Shown: positions 52,008 through 61,561 of the stretch, piece after piece
How positions within the stretch are numbered: the stretch's first letter is position 1
How the letters are laid out: each line of letters begins with the position of its first letter
Assembly: GCA_045646345.1 (NCBI GenBank)
Contig: JAZRKN010000001.1
Span: 32,001-96,000, forward strand
Origin: Candidatus Scatovivens sp.
GTDB taxonomy: Bacteria; Bacillota; Clostridia; TANB77; CAG-508
Direction: 5' to 3'
DNA: 64,000 bases
Position numbers and translations under genes: made by a program
Notes under the pieces: generated by a model
Seen by the model: only the letters and a program-made list of their open reading frames with translations
Database searches by the model: none
What the model was told of the DNA's origin: nothing

Positions 52008-53720
52008 ATGGCATTTGATGGTTTCATTACAAAATCTATAGTATCGGAATTAAAAAAAACAATAATTGGAGCAAAAGTAAATAAAGTTTATGTACCAAAT
52101 AAAAACGAAGTACTTATTAGTCTTTATAACTCTGGAAAAAATTATAATTTAAACTTATGTGCAAATCCCGAATTTTGCAGAATTTGTTTGACAAATTATA
52201 CAAAGCCAAATCCTCAAAATGCATTAAATTTTTGCATGCTTCTTAGAAAATATTTAGTTGGCGGAAAAATTGTAAATATTTCTAATTATGATTTAGAAAG
52301 AACTGTAGAAATTCAATTTGAATGTTATAACGAATTAAATGATTTGGTTATTAGAAAACTATTTATTGAAATAATGAGTAGACAAAGTAATGTTATTTTA
52401 ACTAATGACAAAAATATAATCATAGATACTTTAAAACATATTGATAACACAAGAGAATTACTTCCAGCTCATGAATATACTTTTACCCCAATAAATAAAA
52501 TTAGTTTCCTAGAAATTTCTTCATTTGATGATTTTTCTAAAATTGTAAATGATTATGGTTCAATTATTTCTTTGACAAAATTTTTCATTGATACTTTTAT
52601 TGGTTTTAGTAAACCTTTTGTAAAAGAAACTTTAAAAGTATTATCAATTTCTGATTCTGACTTTTCTGAAGATAATTTAAAGAAAATTTATGATTATTTA
52701 AGAAATTTAATTAATAATTTTGGAACTCAAAATATTTATTGTAAAAAACTATCAAATAAAGATTACACTCTTATCTTTGGAGAATCAACAGAATCAGATG
52801 ATGAATTAACACATATAAATTATTTTATAGATGATTTTTATTTTAATAAAGAACAAGATTCCCTTTTCACAAATTCTAGAAACAATCTATTAAAAATTGT
52901 TTCTGCTTCTTTAAAAAAAGTTTATAAAAAAATGGAAAATATAAACGCAAAATTAAAAGAATGTGAAAAAATGGATACTTATAGATTATACGGTGAACTT
53001 TTAACAGCTAATCTTTACAAATTTACAAATTCACCTAATCTATCTGAAGTCACTGTAGAAAATTATTATGATAATAATAATCCTATAACAATTCCTTTAG
53101 ACAATAGCCTTAACGTTAATAAGAACATCGAAAAATATTTTAAAAAATATAACAAACTAAAAAATGCGCTTTCAATAGTTTCTGAACAAAAAAGAGAAAC
53201 CGTAAAAGAGTTAGATTATATTGAAAGTATTGTTTTCAATTTAAGTTCTGCTAGAAATTTAAATGATATTAACGGAGTTTATGAAGAATTATCTCAAAAT
53301 GTAATTACAAAAAAAGCAATTACCAAAAAAGAAAAAAATAATATTGTTAAAAAACAAGAACCTAATAAAATAGATGTAGAATTCACACTTATAGACGGTT
53401 ATACAGTGTATATCGGAAAAAATAATATTCAAAATGATTATTTAAGTTTAAAATTTGCAAATCCTAACGATGTTTGGTTTCATGCTCAAAAAATTCATGG
53501 TAGTCATGTCTTATTAAGAAATCCTGATAATTTAGAACTTGATGAAATACCTGAAAATGTTTTATTTAACTGCGCTCGTTTAGCCAAAGAAAACAGTAAA
53601 GCAGAAAATAGTTTGAATGTCTGTGTAGATTATTGTTTAGCAAAATTTGTCAAAAAAACTACCGGTTCAAAACCAGGTATGGTAATTTATAATAACTTTA
53701 AAACAATAATAGTAAAATAA
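52008..53720 (+). CDS. rqcH: Ribosome quality control factor RqcH (FbpA/NFACT)
   Basis: MAFDG, FCMLLRKYL, ERTV, YGELL, GKNNIQND, WFH...GSHV, KPGMVIY. Confidence 0.95.
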   Translation: MAFDGFITKSIVSELKKTIIGAKVNKVYVPNKNEVLISLYNSGKNYNLNLCANPEFCRICLTNYTKPNPQNALNFCMLLRKYLVGGKIVNISNYDLERTVEIQFECYNELNDLVIRKLFIEIMSRQSNVILTNDKNIIIDTLKHIDNTRELLPAHEYTFTPINKISFLEISSFDDFSKIVNDYGSIISLTKFFIDTFIGFSKPFVKETLKVLSISDSDFSEDNLKKIYDYLRNLINNFGTQNIYCKKLSNKDYTLIFGESTESDDELTHINYFIDDFYFNKEQDSLFTNSRNNLLKIVSASLKKVYKKMENINAKLKECEKMDTYRLYGELLTANLYKFTNSPNLSEVTVENYYDNNNPITIPLDNSLNVNKNIEKYFKKYNKLKNALSIVSEQKRETVKELDYIESIVFNLSSARNLNDINGVYEELSQNVITKKAITKKEKNNIVKKQEPNKIDVEFTLIDGYTVYIGKNNIQNDYLSLKFANPNDVWFHAQKIHGSHVLLRNPDNLELDEIPENVLFNCARLAKENSKAENSLNVCVDYCLAKFVKKTTGSKPGMVIYNNFKTIIVK

Positions 53721-53746
53721 AAAATGCTGCTCTAAAGCAGCATTTT
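53721..53746. terminator. Bidirectional terminator
   Basis: AAAATGCTGCT-CTAA-AGCAGCATTTT. Confidence 0.75.
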
Positions 53747-53753
53747 CTATTTT

Positions 53754-54944
53754 TTATTTAATTAATTCATAAGTATCTTTAGCTATTATTAATTCCTCGT
53801 TTGTTGGAATTATATAAATTTTCACTTTTGAATCTTTTGTAGAAATACATTTTTCTTTTCCTCTTGTTTTATTTGCTTCTTCATCTAATTTTATTCCAAA
53901 TGGTTCTAAATATTTACAAACTCTTTCTCTTGTTTCAATACCATTTTCTCCTACACCACCAGCAAATGTTATAACATCAACACCACCTAATGTAATTGCA
54001 TATTGACCTATATATTGAGCAATTCTATATGCTTGACTATCTAATGCTAATATTGATCTTGTATCTCCCATTTTATATCCGTCTTCAACATCTTTATAAT
54101 CAGATGATACTCCTGATACTCCCCAAGCTCCCGCTTGTTTATTTAAAATCTCTTCTATATCTTCAGGTCCTAAATTATCTCTTTTCATTATATAAGGAAT
54201 AATTGCAGGGTCTATATCTCCACATCTTGTAGCCATTGGAATTCCAGCCAATGGTGTTAATCCCATTGATGTATCTACAGATTTACCACCGTTAATTGCA
54301 CATATAGATGCACCTTGTCCTAAATGACAATTTATAACTTTTAAATTTTCAGATTTCTCGCCAATTAATTCCGCAACTCTTTGAGCTACATATCTATGAC
54401 TTGTTCCATGGAATCCATATTTTCTTATTTTATAACTTGTATAATATCTGTATGGTATCTGATAGATATACGCTTTTGTTGGCATTGTTTGATGAAACGC
54501 TGTATCAAACACAGCTACCATTGGTATTTCTGGTAATACTTTTCTAGCAGCTCTTATACCTGCAACTCCTGCTGGGTTATGTAATGGTGCTAAATCAATA
54601 CATTTTTCGATTTCTTCAATAACTTTATCATCTATTATTACAGATTGGCTAAACATTTCTCCACCATGAACTATTCTGTGCCCTATTGCTCCTATTTCAT
54701 CTAATGATTTTATTAGTTCATATTCTGGTTTTTGTAATACTTCTAGAACAAATTCAATAGCTTCATCAAAATCTCTCGCAATGTGAAGTAATTCTTCTTT
54801 CTTACCTCCAACATTCAATTTAAGAGTAGTCTTCATTCCACCAATTCGCTCAAAATTACCTTTTGCCATTCTTTCATTATTGTCCATATTAATTAGTTGA
54901 AATTTTAAAGATGAACTACCACAATTTAATACTAAAATTTTCAT
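53754..54944 (-). CDS. ackA: Acetate kinase, third copy
   Basis: NCGSSSLK, GHRIVHGG, APLHN, FDTAFHQT, GFHGTSH, TRCGD, PTNEE; start moved to MKILVLN. Confidence 0.93.
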   Translation of the reverse strand: MKILVLNCGSSSLKFQLINMDNNERMAKGNFERIGGMKTTLKLNVGGKKEELLHIARDFDEAIEFVLEVLQKPEYELIKSLDEIGAIGHRIVHGGEMFSQSVIIDDKVIEEIEKCIDLAPLHNPAGVAGIRAARKVLPEIPMVAVFDTAFHQTMPTKAYIYQIPYRYYTSYKIRKYGFHGTSHRYVAQRVAELIGEKSENLKVINCHLGQGASICAINGGKSVDTSMGLTPLAGIPMATRCGDIDPAIIPYIMKRDNLGPEDIEEILNKQAGAWGVSGVSSDYKDVEDGYKMGDTRSILALDSQAYRIAQYIGQYAITLGGVDVITFAGGVGENGIETRERVCKYLEPFGIKLDEEANKTRGKEKCISTKDSKVKIYIIPTNEELIIAKDTYELIK

Positions 54945-55061
54945 ATATTTAAACCTCCCTTTTATTTTAAATTTTAGGAGTATTTTATTTACCCTTACCA
55001 ATTCTAACACTAAAAATTTATCTATACAAGATAAATTTTTAAAATATTTTGTCAATAAATC

Positions 55062-55094
55062 AAAAAAGAGAGTACTTTAAAATACTCTCTTTTT
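55062..55094 (-). terminator. Terminator between ackA copies 2 and 3
   Basis: AAAAAGAGAGTA-loop-TACTCTCTTTTT. Confidence 0.7.
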
Positions 55095-55101
55095 ATATTA
55101 A

Positions 55102-56289
55102 TTAATTTTTTGTTAATTCATATGCATCACTTGCAATAACAATTTCTTCGTTTGTTGGAACTACATAAACTTTAACTTTAGAATCTGGAGTTGTTATTTC
55201 CATTTCTTCGCCTCTTATTTTATTTTTCTCAGCATCAATTTTTACTCCAAAACACTCCAAATATCTACAAATTCTTTCTCTTTCTTCCCAACCATTTTCT
55301 CCAATACCGCCACAGAATGTTATAACATCAACTCCTTGAAGTGTAACAACAAATTTAGCAATATATTGAGCAATGATATATGCTCTACTTTCTAATGCTA
55401 ATATTGATCTTTGGTCTCCTTGAGCAGCTGTTCTTTCTATGTCTCTAAAGTCTGTTGAAACTCCTGATACTCCCCAAGCACCTGATTCTTTATTTAATAC
55501 TTGTAACATTTCATCTGGTTGCATATTATATAATTTCATTACTGTTGGAATAATAGATGGATCAACATCTCCACATCTTGTTCCCATTGGAACACCTGCT
55601 AAAGGTGTTAATCCCATTGTTGTATCTTGCGATACTCCATTTTTAATAGCACATAATGATGCACCTTGTCCCAAATGGCAATTAATTACTTTTAATTCTG
55701 ATTTTCCTGTAATTTCAGAAATTCTTTTTGCAACATATCTATGAGAAATTCCATGGAATCCGTATTTTCTTATTTTATAATCTTCATAATATTTATATGG
55801 TAATTGATAAATAAAAGCTTTTTCTTCCATTGTTTGATGGAATGCTGTATCAAATACAGCTACCATTGGAGTTTTTGGTAATAACTTTTTACAAGCTTTT
55901 ATTCCAGCTAAACCAGCAGGATTATGTAATGGTGCTAAAGTAATATTTTCTTTTATTGCTTTAATTACTTCATCATCAATTAATACTGAATTTTTAAATT
56001 TTTCTCCACCATGAACAATTCTGTGTCCAACAGCACCAATTTCATCTAAATTTTCAATTACTTTATATTTTTCACTTGTAAGTAATCTTAAAATTTCTGA
56101 AATAGCTTCTTCAAAATTTCTTGCTGGATGCTCTAAAACAACTTTTTCTCCTCTTACATTAAAACGAAGTGATGATCTTGAACCACCAATTCTATCATAA
56201 TGTCCTTTCATAATTCTTTCATTTTTTTCCATATCAATTAATTGACATTTTAAAGATGAACTTCCACAATTTAATACTAATACTTTCAT
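55102..56289 (-). CDS. ackA: Acetate kinase, second copy
   Basis: Same AckA motifs; GTRCGD, DFRD, PTNEE. Confidence 0.93.
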   Translation of the reverse strand: MKVLVLNCGSSSLKCQLIDMEKNERIMKGHYDRIGGSRSSLRFNVRGEKVVLEHPARNFEEAISEILRLLTSEKYKVIENLDEIGAVGHRIVHGGEKFKNSVLIDDEVIKAIKENITLAPLHNPAGLAGIKACKKLLPKTPMVAVFDTAFHQTMEEKAFIYQLPYKYYEDYKIRKYGFHGISHRYVAKRISEITGKSELKVINCHLGQGASLCAIKNGVSQDTTMGLTPLAGVPMGTRCGDVDPSIIPTVMKLYNMQPDEMLQVLNKESGAWGVSGVSTDFRDIERTAAQGDQRSILALESRAYIIAQYIAKFVVTLQGVDVITFCGGIGENGWEERERICRYLECFGVKIDAEKNKIRGEEMEITTPDSKVKVYVVPTNEEIVIASDAYELTKN

Positions 56290-56408
56290 TAGCTACTTCC
56301 CCCTTAATTTAAAATAGAAAACATATTCACAATATATAATCGAAAATCCGTTATAATTTGTTCATTTTGTAAATTCTTTGTGAAAATAGTTAAATTTACT
56401 AAAAAAAC

Positions 56409-56443
56409 AAAAAGCGTGGTACGAATTTTGTTTGTACCACGCT
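56409..56443 (-). terminator. Terminator between ackA copies 1 and 2
   Basis: AGCGTGGTAC-loop-GTACCACGCT with a T run on the minus strand. Confidence 0.75.
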
Positions 56444-56456
56444 GCATTTTATTCAA

Positions 56457-57656
56457 TTATTTTGCTTCTACTAAAGATTTTGTATCTCTTGCGATAACCA
56501 TTTCTTCATCTGTTGGAATTATATAAGCTAATACTTTAGAATCTTCAGTTGAAATTTTTGTTTCTACTGATTTAACATTATTTTTCTCTAAATCTAATTT
56601 TAATCCCATCCATTCTAAGTTTTCACAAATTTTCTTTCTTATATTTATTTGATTTTCACCTATTCCACCTGTAAATACAACTGCATCAATACCTTTTAAA
56701 GATACTGCATATTTTGCAACAAATTGTGCAATTATTTTTGTAAACATTTCAATTGCTATTTTAGCTTTTGGTTTATCTTCTTCATAAGATGCTAGTTCTA
56801 TTTCTCTAAAGTCTGGATTTAATCCTGTCATTCCATATAATCCTGATTTTTTGTTTAATAATGTATTAACTTCTTTTGCTGTTAAGTTTTCTCTTTCCAT
56901 TATTTCAGTTACAACTGATGGATCTAAATCACCAGATCTTGTAACCATTGCGATTCCTCCTAAAGGAGATAATCCCATTGATGTATCTATTGATTTTCCT
57001 CCGTCTATAGCACAAATTGAAGCACCTTGTCCTAAGTGACATGTAACAATTTTTAAGTCTTCAATTGGTTTTCCTACTATTTCTGCACATCTTCTTGAAA
57101 CATATAAATGACTTGTTCCATGGAAACCATATTTTCTTATACCATATTTTTCATAAAATTCATATGGTATTGGATATAAGTAATTTTCTTCTGGCATTGT
57201 TTGGTGGAATGCTGTATCAAATACACCTGCCATTGGAACTCCAGGCATAGCTTTTTGACAAGCTCTCATTCCTAATACACCAGCTGGATTGTGAAGTGGC
57301 GCTAATGGTGAACAAGATTCAAATTTTGCAATAACATCTTCATCTATAATAACTGATTTATTAAATATTTCTCCACCGTGAACTAATCTATGTCCAACAG
57401 CATCAATTTCAGATAACGATTTAATTACGCCATATTCATCATGAACTAATTGTTCTAATATAATTTTTAAAGCTTCTTCATGATTCATAACTGGTGATTT
57501 TGTAACATATTTTTCACCATTTACTTTGTGCGTAACAAAAGCTTCTTGTTCTCCTATTCTTTCAAAATTCCCTTTTGCTAAAACTGTTTCACTTGTCATA
57601 TCAATTAATTGATATTTTAAAGATGAACTTCCGCAATTTACTACTAAAACTTTCAT
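56457..57656 (-). CDS. ackA: Acetate kinase, first copy (closest to pta)
   Basis: Same AckA motifs; TRSGD, DFRE, TGGIGEN, PTDEE. Confidence 0.95.
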   Translation of the reverse strand: MKVLVVNCGSSSLKYQLIDMTSETVLAKGNFERIGEQEAFVTHKVNGEKYVTKSPVMNHEEALKIILEQLVHDEYGVIKSLSEIDAVGHRLVHGGEIFNKSVIIDEDVIAKFESCSPLAPLHNPAGVLGMRACQKAMPGVPMAGVFDTAFHQTMPEENYLYPIPYEFYEKYGIRKYGFHGTSHLYVSRRCAEIVGKPIEDLKIVTCHLGQGASICAIDGGKSIDTSMGLSPLGGIAMVTRSGDLDPSVVTEIMERENLTAKEVNTLLNKKSGLYGMTGLNPDFREIELASYEEDKPKAKIAIEMFTKIIAQFVAKYAVSLKGIDAVVFTGGIGENQINIRKKICENLEWMGLKLDLEKNNVKSVETKISTEDSKVLAYIIPTDEEMVIARDTKSLVEAK

Positions 57657-57737
57657 TTATTTCCTCCTAAAATTATTATTAACTATTAAACCAAAAATAT
57701 ATTTTAATTTATTTTTATATTATTTCAGTAATCTATT

Positions 57738-58244
57738 TTATTCAACCACGATATTTAAACTTGGATGAGAATATAGTACTTTTCCCAATACTGCAGAAAT
57801 AAATATAGTAATTAAAAATAATATTACATAAAATATTATTTTATTTCCTGTTTGCTTTTTTTCTAAAATTCCTTTTTTAATATTTTTATAATAAATAGAT
57901 ATATTGAATATAAAAGCACAAATTGCAGGTACAGGATTAAGCATAAAATGTCCACATGAACAAACAGCTATGTGTAATACTGCTAATAATATAATTTCAG
58001 ATGTAAATATACCTAAATTAATTAAATTTAAATAGCTTTTATATTTTACATTCTCGTCATCACTAAACGAATTCAAATATGCTTTAATTGAAACTACAAA
58101 AAACGCTAATAATGCAATTACTGCTATTGGAGTATAAATAAATATCAATGGAAAAAATGCATATTTCATTATACTCTCTATTATAAGTATTATAATAAAT
58201 ACAATACTAAATTTTTCTAGAATTTTAGTTAATTTTGTTTCCAT
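57738..58244 (-). CDS. Hypothetical multi-pass membrane protein between pta and ackA
   Basis: About five TMs; HIAVCSCGHF segment; GAGGTG RBS. Confidence 0.75.
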   Translation of the reverse strand: METKLTKILEKFSIVFIIILIIESIMKYAFFPLIFIYTPIAVIALLAFFVVSIKAYLNSFSDDENVKYKSYLNLINLGIFTSEIILLAVLHIAVCSCGHFMLNPVPAICAFIFNISIYYKNIKKGILEKKQTGNKIIFYVILFLITIFISAVLGKVLYSHPSLNIVVE

Positions 58245-58265
58245 CTATATAAATTTCACCTCATC

Positions 58266-59261
58266 TTATGCTTGTGCTTGAACAGCTGTAATTGCAACCA
58301 CACCAGCTATATCTTCTGCAGAACATCCTCTCGATAAGTCATTTACTGGTCTTGCAATACCTTGGCAAAGAGGTCCATATGCTTCAGCTTTTGCTAATCT
58401 TTGTGTTAATTTATATCCGATATTTCCAGCATTTAAATCTGGGAATATTAATGTGTTTGCAGCTCCAGCAATCTCACTATTAGGTGCTTTACTTTTTCCT
58501 ACTGAAGGTACTATAGCAGCATCTAATTGCATTTCTCCATCAACTTTAATTTCTGGATATGTTTCTTTTACTATTCTTGTTGCATCTATAACTTTTTGTG
58601 TTAATTCTGATTTTGCACTTCCCATTGTAGAATATGAAAGCATTGCAACTTTAGCTTCTTTTCCTACTAATTGAGTAAAACTTTCGCTTGAAGAATGTGC
58701 TATCTCTGCTAATTGTTCAGCTGATGGATTTTCATTTAATCCACAATCTCCAAATACAAATACTCCATCTTCTCCATATTCGCAATCTGGTACAACCATT
58801 AAAAAGAAGGCTGATACTAGTTTTGTTCCTGGTGCTGTTTTTAAAATTTGAAGTGCTGGTCTCAATGTATCTGATGTAGAATGAATTGCTCCTGATACTA
58901 ATCCATCAGCATCATTCATTTTAACCATCATCATACCATAATAAACTTCATCTTTTACTAATTCTTCTGCTTGTTCTAGTGTCATGCCTTTTGCTTTTCT
59001 TAATTCATATAAGTTTTCAGCATAAACTTTAGCGTTTTCTGCTTTAACTGGATCTACTATTATTGCTTTAGAAATATCCAACCCATTTTCTTCAGCCATT
59101 TTTCTAATATTTTCTTCATTACCTACTAAAACAACATTAGCATAAGCTTCTTTTAGAACTGTAGCAGCTGCTGTTACAACTCTTATATCTGATGCTTCAG
59201 GTAATACAATTGTTTTCATGTCTTTTCTTGCTCTATCTTTAATTCCATCAATAAAATTCAT
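58266..59261 (-). CDS. pta: Phosphate acetyltransferase
   Basis: IVLPE, LRPALQI, DCGLN, DGEMQLDAA, GNIGYK, NDLSRG. Confidence 0.97.
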   Translation of the reverse strand: MNFIDGIKDRARKDMKTIVLPEASDIRVVTAAATVLKEAYANVVLVGNEENIRKMAEENGLDISKAIIVDPVKAENAKVYAENLYELRKAKGMTLEQAEELVKDEVYYGMMMVKMNDADGLVSGAIHSTSDTLRPALQILKTAPGTKLVSAFFLMVVPDCEYGEDGVFVFGDCGLNENPSAEQLAEIAHSSSESFTQLVGKEAKVAMLSYSTMGSAKSELTQKVIDATRIVKETYPEIKVDGEMQLDAAIVPSVGKSKAPNSEIAGAANTLIFPDLNAGNIGYKLTQRLAKAEAYGPLCQGIARPVNDLSRGCSAEDIAGVVAITAVQAQA

Positions 59262-59434
59262 TTCTTAATCCTCCTATTTTATTCTAAACCATTATATATA
59301 AGTTTTTCTTTAAAGTCAATGAATTAACATTCAAAGAAAACATTTTATTATTCTGACTTTCAGCTAGTTGAAAGTTACCAAAAAATATGGTAAAATATGG
59401 TTTCCATAAAACATATGAATTAGGAGGTAACTTT

Positions 59435-60547
59435 ATGGTGGCAAATGAAACTATTAAGAAGAAAGGCGGTAAACGGAAGATAAGTATTCTTTTGGCAATT
59501 GTCTTGAGCATTTCTTTGTTGCTCACTGGTTGTACCGATCAGCAAAAAGAAGACACTTTAGATTTGCTCATTGACATTGTCGTCCAAATTCTCAGTCCGG
59601 ATGAAACCAATAATCCTACTGAAGAACCTGGAAATACAGACATTCCCCTTGCTGTCGAAGGCGAAATGCAAGTTCATTTCATTGATGTTGGACAGGCAGA
59701 TGCAACTCTCTTTATCCAAGGAGAACATGTAATGCTTTTTGACGTTGCAACTGCTGGTCGAGGAGATGATGTAGTAAAATACTTGCAGGATTTAAATATC
59801 GATTATATCGATGTACTTGTTCTTTCTCATCCACATGATGATCACATGGGTGGTGCAGCCGAAGTGTTAAATAACATTGAAGTTGGAATGGTTTACGGAC
59901 CTGACATCTTTGATATAATGGAATTTGACAAAAAAGGCAATCCCATTGACACGCCTATTTGGTATGAAGAAATGATCGACGCAATCGACAAAATCGATGA
60001 AAAATTGAATAAGGGTATTCCAAAGAAAGAACAAACTTCTATTTGGCATTTTCCGATGAATGAAGATGGCGAATTCGAAAAATTCATGATCGGAGACGCT
60101 GTTGTTCAATTCTACGCACCTCTCGAAGATGTTTACTCAGATAAAAATGATTATTCTATTTGCGCCAAAGTTTCCTACGGCTCTATAGATATCATGCTTA
60201 CTGGTGATGCAACGAGTAGTGTAGAAAAAGCTTTATTAGAACAAAATTATGATTTAGATGTTGAAATTTTCCAAGCTGGACACCATGGCAGTGATACTAG
60301 TAATTCCAAGGAGTTCTTAGAGGCCATGACACCCGAGTGTATTGTTATCAGTTGTGGTATGCAAAACAAACATAATCATCCCGTAAAGTCTGTTATAGAA
60401 CTTTTTAAAAATTTCGGTCTTCCAGTCTACAGAACTGATGAATCGGGCAATATTATTATGACCACAGATGGAACTGAATACATTTTCAGTGCAGAACCTG
60501 GTACGTACACCAGCGGAAAAGAGTACAACGATCAGAAAGGAAAATAA
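59435..60547 (+). CDS. ComEC/Rec2-like MBL-fold lipoprotein (putative nuclease)
   Basis: Lipobox LLLTGC; FIDVGQAD, SHPHDDHMGG, TGD, GHHGS, YRTD..G; start behind AGGAGG. Confidence 0.9.
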   Translation: MVANETIKKKGGKRKISILLAIVLSISLLLTGCTDQQKEDTLDLLIDIVVQILSPDETNNPTEEPGNTDIPLAVEGEMQVHFIDVGQADATLFIQGEHVMLFDVATAGRGDDVVKYLQDLNIDYIDVLVLSHPHDDHMGGAAEVLNNIEVGMVYGPDIFDIMEFDKKGNPIDTPIWYEEMIDAIDKIDEKLNKGIPKKEQTSIWHFPMNEDGEFEKFMIGDAVVQFYAPLEDVYSDKNDYSICAKVSYGSIDIMLTGDATSSVEKALLEQNYDLDVEIFQAGHHGSDTSNSKEFLEAMTPECIVISCGMQNKHNHPVKSVIELFKNFGLPVYRTDESGNIIMTTDGTEYIFSAEPGTYTSGKEYNDQKGK

Positions 60548-60548
60548 G

Positions 60549-60824
60549 ATGCCAGAAAACATTTTATTCATGCAAGTTGAAGATGGTTTCGTAACATTCG
60601 AAAGACAAACCAAAGAAACCATTATCTATCCGCTTTGCATGGTTCCTAACGAATTCCAAAAAGAAGGAAAACTTTTAAGAGCAATCGTTCATGATGAGAA
60701 TAACATCGAATTCATTGGCTTTGTTCCTGAAAGTGAAAATCAAGCAAGGCGAGATAAAATCCATTCAAGAACGAAAAGTCTTCGTAATCGTATTCGAAAA
60801 AGAAGACGTTTCAAGTTTTTTTAA
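60549..60824 (+). CDS. Small protein, DUF3006-like partner of the MBL lipoprotein
   Basis: EDGFVTFE...P...KEG...RR.KI pattern; starts immediately after the MBL stop. Confidence 0.6.
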   Translation: MPENILFMQVEDGFVTFERQTKETIIYPLCMVPNEFQKEGKLLRAIVHDENNIEFIGFVPESENQARRDKIHSRTKSLRNRIRKRRRFKFF

Positions 60825-60830
60825 AAAGCC

Positions 60831-60863
60831 AAAAACGAGCAGGGACTTCCCTGCTCGTTCTTT
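60831..60863. terminator. Bidirectional terminator
   Basis: AACGAGCAGGGA-CT-TCCCTGCTCGTT. Confidence 0.75.
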
Positions 60864-61497
60864 ATTTTTTATTATATTCATCACAATATTTTTGTATTGG
60901 ACACTCCTCACATTTTGGTTTTCTTGCATCACAAATTTTTCTTCCATGCCATACTAACAAATGATTTACATCATAATAATATTCTTTTGGAATTACTTTT
61001 AATAAATCTTGTTCAACTTTTTCAGGAACTGTTTCTTTTGAAAAACCAATCTTATTTGATATTCTCTTTGCATGAGTGTCTACTGCAATTCCTTGTGGAT
61101 TATGAAAAGCTTCAAGCATTACTACATTTGCACTTTTTCTTCCCACTCCAGGCAAACTTTGTAAATCTTCCATATTTTCAGGTACTTTCCCATCAAACTT
61201 ATCTATTAATTTTTGACTACATGCTTTTATATTCTTGGCTTTATTTTTATAAAAACCACATGGATGAATTATTTCTTCTAATTCTTCCAACTCTATTTTC
61301 GCCATTTTTTCTGGAGTATCATATTTATTAAACAAATTTGGTGTAGTTTTATTTACCCTTTCATCTGTACATTGAGCCGCTAACATTACTGAAATTAACA
61401 TTTGAAATGGTGTTTCAAAATCCAAACTACAAACAGCATCCGGATAAAATTCTTTTAAAATTTCTACTATTTTTATTGCATCTTTTTTTGATTTCAT
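60862..61497 (-). CDS. nth: Endonuclease III
   Basis: HhH LPGVGRKSAN, VDTH, C-X6-C-X2-C-X5-C Fe-S motif. Confidence 0.97.
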   Translation of the reverse strand: MKSKKDAIKIVEILKEFYPDAVCSLDFETPFQMLISVMLAAQCTDERVNKTTPNLFNKYDTPEKMAKIELEELEEIIHPCGFYKNKAKNIKACSQKLIDKFDGKVPENMEDLQSLPGVGRKSANVVMLEAFHNPQGIAVDTHAKRISNKIGFSKETVPEKVEQDLLKVIPKEYYYDVNHLLVWHGRKICDARKPKCEECPIQKYCDEYNKK

Positions 61498-61561
61498 ATA
61501 AATTACCTTTACTTATTTAATATGAGCTAATTAAAAATAATTAGCTCATATCTTTTATTTA

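Noticed and set aside
56315-56395. Possible Rex operators (TTCACAA and TTGTGAA half-sites) upstream of ackA copy 2
   Set aside because: Only one half-site of each 18-mer matches; too weak in AT-rich DNA
53754-57656. ackA triplet as an assembly duplication artefact
   Set aside because: The copies differ extensively at protein level and have distinct intergenic regions
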